IMG/VR virus record: IMGVR_UViG_2923073944_000003
Location: 1-64,000 of that record
DNA: 64,000 nucleotides
Strand: one strand, 5' to 3'
Origin: an uncultured virus (IMG/VR IMGVR_UViG_2923073944_000003)
Taxonomy: Duplodnaviria; Heunggongvirae; Uroviricota; Caudoviricetes
Of the stretch, positions 60,533 to 64,000 are shown in pieces. The notes below the pieces were generated by a model, which did not search any database, had not been told where the DNA came from, and saw nothing but the letters and a program-made list of their open reading frames with translations. How positions within the stretch are numbered: position 1 is the first letter of the stretch; the number at the start of each line of letters is the position of its first letter. The position numbers and the translations under genes are program-made.

Positions 60533-60664
60533 TTAAGCTCCCCGAATTGCACTTGCTACAGAGATCTCATCAGAAGCTGATGCCGTATTAACTGAATGTT
60601 GACCTGCAATGAATGAAATTGCTAATGATGCTAAAATGGCTGTACCGAAAATAATTTTTTTCAT
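60533..60664 (-). CDS. aimP: Arbitrium peptide precursor, mature SAIRGA
   Basis: Hand-translated MKKIIFGTAILASLAISFIAGQHSVNTASASDEISVASAIRGA. Confidence 0.95.
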   Translation of the reverse strand: MKKIIFGTAILASLAISFIAGQHSVNTASASDEISVASAIRGA

Positions 60665-60693
60665 TAAATTCACCTCCTTTCAAGTACTAAATT

Positions 60694-61833
60694 CTAAATT
60701 AAATTTAGCAGCTCCGGGTCACAGCCTAATTTTTCGAGTTCTATTATTGCCAATTGGATAAAATATTTATCATCTGATTCTTTAAAATATGTTATTGATT
60801 TAAAAAAATCAGATTTTTGCCTCGATATTAAACCTTTATAATAAAAATAAAATCCTAATTCATTTTCATCTTGATCTCTTTTTGATAAGCTTTCTAATAA
60901 TTCGTTAGCCTTGTCGAGATTATTACTTTTTATGTAATAAAAAGCCCTTAGCTGTTGATATTTGATTTCATTTGATTCATAGTTAACCCATAGATTTTCC
61001 TTGTTCCATACATTAGCTAAGAAGCAAAGAGCGCCATTTAGCATTTCTTCATGAGTATCATTCAGAACATACTTCTTTGCCTCAACATACGCCAGCATAG
61101 CTTCTTCATAATTTTCGAAAATTAGGGTATTACCTATTGTCAGATGTGCAAAGAAACATATTCGGTTCACATTGGACTGCATTATTGCAATATTTGAATG
61201 TTTCCTTGCTTCGATTAAATTGTTTTCGTTTAAGCTTATATTCGCTTTTAACATTGACACTCTACTTTTGTACGAATCTTTTATAAATCCTTCTGGTAAG
61301 CTTTTAAAATCTAAAAGTGTTAAGGTGCTTTTCATCAATCCGAACTCACCAATATTCAAGTATTTATACATCAGCATTGCATCTGAAAAAAATGACATTT
61401 CTGGAGCTTTACATCTCCCACATTCTCTTATTGCTTCTGGTATTGAGATTTCGTTTTTATATAGCTTTCTATGTATGTTGTAGATGTTACCCCATTCTTG
61501 ACTTGTTGTGTTTTTTGAGTGGCATAAATTTAAAATAATCTTGTCTGTTAATGAATCCCATTGATTGATATCGGAGTATTCAACAGATTGTCTAGCGCAT
61601 TTTTTGTTGGGATCCAGTGATAAGAAGTAATCACTTAGAAGCTGCTCCTCATTATCAGGAAACAAGCTTTTAACAATATTAATTAAACCGCCTAAGTTGT
61701 CCATTTCTTTCTCTGGGGTGTTGATGAATTTGTAAAAACCATTAACCTTTTCGTACCCTGCTATTTTTGAGAGTTTCGCTGCGAGCTGGCTGTCTTTTTC
61801 ACATTCATTCTTAATCATCTGCTTAAGATTCAT
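60694..61833 (-). CDS. aimR: Arbitrium receptor
   Basis: 379-aa HTH plus TPR protein directly upstream of aimP. Confidence 0.95.
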   Translation of the reverse strand: MNLKQMIKNECEKDSQLAAKLSKIAGYEKVNGFYKFINTPEKEMDNLGGLINIVKSLFPDNEEQLLSDYFLSLDPNKKCARQSVEYSDINQWDSLTDKIILNLCHSKNTTSQEWGNIYNIHRKLYKNEISIPEAIRECGRCKAPEMSFFSDAMLMYKYLNIGEFGLMKSTLTLLDFKSLPEGFIKDSYKSRVSMLKANISLNENNLIEARKHSNIAIMQSNVNRICFFAHLTIGNTLIFENYEEAMLAYVEAKKYVLNDTHEEMLNGALCFLANVWNKENLWVNYESNEIKYQQLRAFYYIKSNNLDKANELLESLSKRDQDENELGFYFYYKGLISRQKSDFFKSITYFKESDDKYFIQLAIIELEKLGCDPELLNLI

Positions 61834-61874
61834 TGGTTACTCCACCCCTTCCCAACTAATGTTCCCTTGTTTAT

Positions 61875-61924
61875 AATATACATTAGAGTTGTCAGAATTA
61901 CAAGTATTTATTTTATTTTTATGC
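61875..61924 (-). promoter_or_regulatory. aimR sigA promoter with repeated element
   Basis: GCATAAAAATAAAATAAATAC-TTGTAA-17 nt-TATATT. Confidence 0.7.
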
Positions 61925-62017
61925 TAATTATTTTTTAAGGAATACTTATCTGTTTAAAATTCGTATTTTATAAAGACACAATTTTTCTTCACAACTGTGT
62001 CTTTTATTATTGTAATT

Positions 62018-63067
62018 TTATTTAGCTAAGGCTTCTTCTAATTTAATATCTAAATCTGTATTTTGATTAAGATTAGTAATAGCAATAACCTTTCCAACGG
62101 AGGTCATTCTAAACTCAGGAAGAGTAGTTCTGTCCCATATTTCATTTACTTTACGGATACTTTCATATCTGCTTATAGCCAAACTTATTTCATTTTCTGA
62201 TTTAAGATGGTTTTTATAAAAATCAATAATCTTACTTTGATGCTGAATAAACACTGAACCCAAAATTTCAATTTTATCTAATAAATGAAAAAATCCCTGA
62301 ACATTGAACTTATATAAATTATTTTCGTCTGAAAGAGGCGTAACCATTTCTTTTAGGATATTTGAATCTAGATAAGGAAATGTCTTAAGATAGTGCTCAA
62401 GATCAAAACCAGCTTGAAATATCCCACCGTATGCCATGTGAATCAAATAAGAAAAATGCTCATTTTGACCTTTTGTTAAGTTCTCGCATTTACAATACTC
62501 TAAATGCATCATCTGGTTTAATGAAGGGATTTTTTTTGGCAGAAACGGCACTGCATATTTATTTAACAAACAATTTAATTCTCCTATTGTTTGGCACGGA
62601 AAAGTTACTTCAGATAAAAGGAAGTGCAGACTTAGTAAATTAATGTGTTCAGTATTTAGCTTAGAAGAAACTTCTATTGCTTCATTGAGAACTACCTGTT
62701 TAAACGATCTATCCTTTTCTTTAGTCCGTTCAACTAATAATTCTTTTAACATCTGGTATAGATATTTTTCGCCAGACCTTACAAAATCCCTTTGTGCTAC
62801 ATAAATTATATATTGCAAGTCAGGATCAGAAAACCGATTAGGTAAATTGGGATTCTTAGAAAATTGTTCTAGAAAACCTTCAATTAAAGTATTTGCTCTT
62901 TCTGTAGCAATCTTATTAGCTTCTTGAGAAAGCTTATAAAAATTTTCTTTGAAAATATCGTTACATATTTGTTTTGCATCTCCATATGATAGCCCCGTTA
63001 CATGTACAGTCTCTCCTTGGATATTGACGGAGTGATCTCCTCCACTTTGCGAGCAAGTCTTTTTCAT
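62018..63067 (-). CDS. LPO_1073/Vpar_1526-like protein with N-terminal QSGGDHSVNIQG motif
   Basis: GLSYGDAKQIC..FKENFYKL..ERA; DPDLQY; family call from memory. Confidence 0.65.
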   Translation of the reverse strand: MKKTCSQSGGDHSVNIQGETVHVTGLSYGDAKQICNDIFKENFYKLSQEANKIATERANTLIEGFLEQFSKNPNLPNRFSDPDLQYIIYVAQRDFVRSGEKYLYQMLKELLVERTKEKDRSFKQVVLNEAIEVSSKLNTEHINLLSLHFLLSEVTFPCQTIGELNCLLNKYAVPFLPKKIPSLNQMMHLEYCKCENLTKGQNEHFSYLIHMAYGGIFQAGFDLEHYLKTFPYLDSNILKEMVTPLSDENNLYKFNVQGFFHLLDKIEILGSVFIQHQSKIIDFYKNHLKSENEISLAISRYESIRKVNEIWDRTTLPEFRMTSVGKVIAITNLNQNTDLDIKLEEALAK

Positions 63068-63274
63068 CTATTTATCACCCTTGTTTTTAAAATCATTTAT
63101 TTCTACATTACACCCTTGAATATTAACTGAATTGTCCCCGCCTTGTTGATTATATTTTGTATCATGAATGTCTTCCTTTTTTGTTTTCTTCCACTTTAAG
63201 CATATCCAACCTACAATAGGTAGACCGACACCGCTAAAAATCCACTGAATATTATTATATAAAAAGTCAATCAA
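63068..63274 (-). CDS. 68-aa single-helix membrane protein with C-terminal QQGGDNSVNIQG motif
   Basis: WIFSGVG hydrophobic helix then basic patch; RBS AAGGAAGG. Confidence 0.75.
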   Translation of the reverse strand: MIDFLYNNIQWIFSGVGLPIVGWICLKWKKTKKEDIHDTKYNQQGGDNSVNIQGCNVEINDFKNKGDK

Positions 63275-63316
63275 AATCTAACCTTCCTTTCTTGAATACG
63301 AGTTAATTTCATCCGT

Positions 63317-63448
63317 TCACAAGGTATTCCATTCAACATATTCAAATCGCTGCTGATAAAGGTCTTCCAGGATTGTGGCCCATTCAATCCATCCATCCGC
63401 AACAATGCTTTTTTTCTCTCCATCCTCAATCCATTCAATCCAGTACAC
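63317..63448 (-). CDS. yopG: 43-aa Trp-rich protein
   Basis: Hand-translated MYWIEWIEDGEKKSIVADGWIEWATILEDLYQQRFEYVEWNTL; RBS GAGGAG. Confidence 0.7.
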   Translation of the reverse strand: MYWIEWIEDGEKKSIVADGWIEWATILEDLYQQRFEYVEWNTL

Positions 63449-63459
63449 CTGAACACTCC

Positions 63460-63675
63460 TCACCTAGTAATAACTTCAATTTGCCTTATGGCAGAAGTGG
63501 CTTTAAACTCCGTATGTAGCTCATTTGCGATCACTAAAGCTTCTGACATTGTAGTGAACTTAGAAGCGCCATGAAGCCCCTTAGATGTCTTATAACCACT
63601 TCCATCTAATTTAAATGACTTGAAGTAATCATCATTTTCAAATTGAATAACAAAAAAGTTATCGATAACCGGCAT
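63460..63675 (-). CDS. yopF: Hypothetical protein
   Basis: Synteny. Confidence 0.65.
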   Translation of the reverse strand: MPVIDNFFVIQFENDDYFKSFKLDGSGYKTSKGLHGASKFTTMSEALVIANELHTEFKATSAIRQIEVITR

Positions 63676-63677
63676 AG

Positions 63678-63929
63678 CTAACTCCTCTTCAGCAGACCAG
63701 CAATTTTTATGGCCAGTGGCAGCAATCCAATTAATATGTAAAACACCATGATATTTATTTTATTCTTAAAGAACAGTTCAATCATATTCTGCTCCATACC
63801 TGGTGAAAATGAATCAATCAGTTCCTGTTTAAATTCTTCATCGTAAACCTGATCAACAAATAAAGCTTTAAACCCAGATAGAAAGCCAATACCCAGCCAG
63901 AGTATTAAGAAATATGCTATTCCAATCAA
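63678..63929 (-). CDS. yopE: Small membrane protein
   Basis: Two hydrophobic helices; synteny. Confidence 0.65.
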   Translation of the reverse strand: MIGIAYFLILWLGIGFLSGFKALFVDQVYDEEFKQELIDSFSPGMEQNMIELFFKNKINIMVFYILIGLLPLAIKIAGLLKRS

Positions 63930-64000
63930 ATTAAAGCCCTCCTTATATACATCGTCTGGTATTATAGTAGTGTTAAATACTTTGTGTAGGTGAAATTTAA

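Larger units (their letters stand above)
3543..61971. repeat. Dispersed palindrome WTRAAA-N6-TTTYAW, about 22 copies at gene boundaries
   Basis: e.g. 7244 ATAAAA-tacaga-TTTTAT, 12028 ATAAAA-gtcttc-TTTTAT, 23475 ATAAAA-ggaata-TTTTAT, 44076 ATAAAA-tatcgt-TTTTAT, 54375 ATAAAA-cttaca-TTTTAT. Confidence 0.75.
922..64000. mobile_element. SPbeta/phi3T-like prophage (continues past window end)
   Basis: yot-yos-yor-yoq-yop gene order, arbitrium locus, nrdEF introns, DnaE, MrpR. Confidence 0.97.

Noticed and set aside
139..62643. Many short ORFs antisense to recognised genes
   Set aside because: No RBS or motifs; typical shadow ORFs
62018..63274. A single gene broken by a nonsense TAG (frames are contiguous, TAG-ATG)
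   Set aside because: The second ATG has its own RBS (AAGGGTGA), so two genes are more likely; readthrough is not excluded
63271..63456. 61-aa track ORF with a GGATTGAATGG repeat
   Set aside because: Shadow frame; the RBS-supported yopG-like ORF (63317-63448) explains the repeat as WIEW twice
1..64000. CRISPR array, tRNA or rRNA genes, IS elements
   Set aside because: No regularly spaced repeats, cloverleafs or transposase motifs seen by eye

Overview
The window is the end of a large SPbeta/phi3T-like (Spbetavirus) prophage of a Bacillus subtilis-group host. It is integrated inside the xanthine permease gene pbuX, whose 3' part occupies 1-924. Almost all phage genes are on the minus strand. 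In transcription order (right to left): yopE-G, a variable two-gene slot, a phi3T-type arbitrium locus (AimR, AimP with SAIRGA, MazE-mimic AimX), the sro repressor operon (including MrpR/YopR), a hypervariable early region (dimeric dUTPase, Pnk-phosphatase-RNA ligase, ligB, yoqW, pghZ, yorA), the replication core (SSB, AAA, helicase, primase, RecJ, DnaE), an orphan C5 methyltransferase, a halocin-C8-like bacteriocin with a candidate immunity gene, nrdI/nrdE/nrdF split by three group I introns, dut, thyA-dfrA, an HNH nuclease, a macro domain, RecU and a candidate recombination directionality factor. Two unexplained signals stand out. (i) About 22 copies of a palindrome WTRAAA-N6-TTTYAW, each with a different spacer, sit at gene boundaries in the accessory regions, and the sro operon carries a tyrosine recombinase with an apparently complete active site. 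(ii) A small membrane protein and its downstream partner share a Q-x-GGD-x-SVNIQG motif conserved at protein but not DNA level, the layout of amyloid/RHIM-like signalling defence modules. All homolog calls are from motif recognition and recalled SPbeta synteny; no searches were run.
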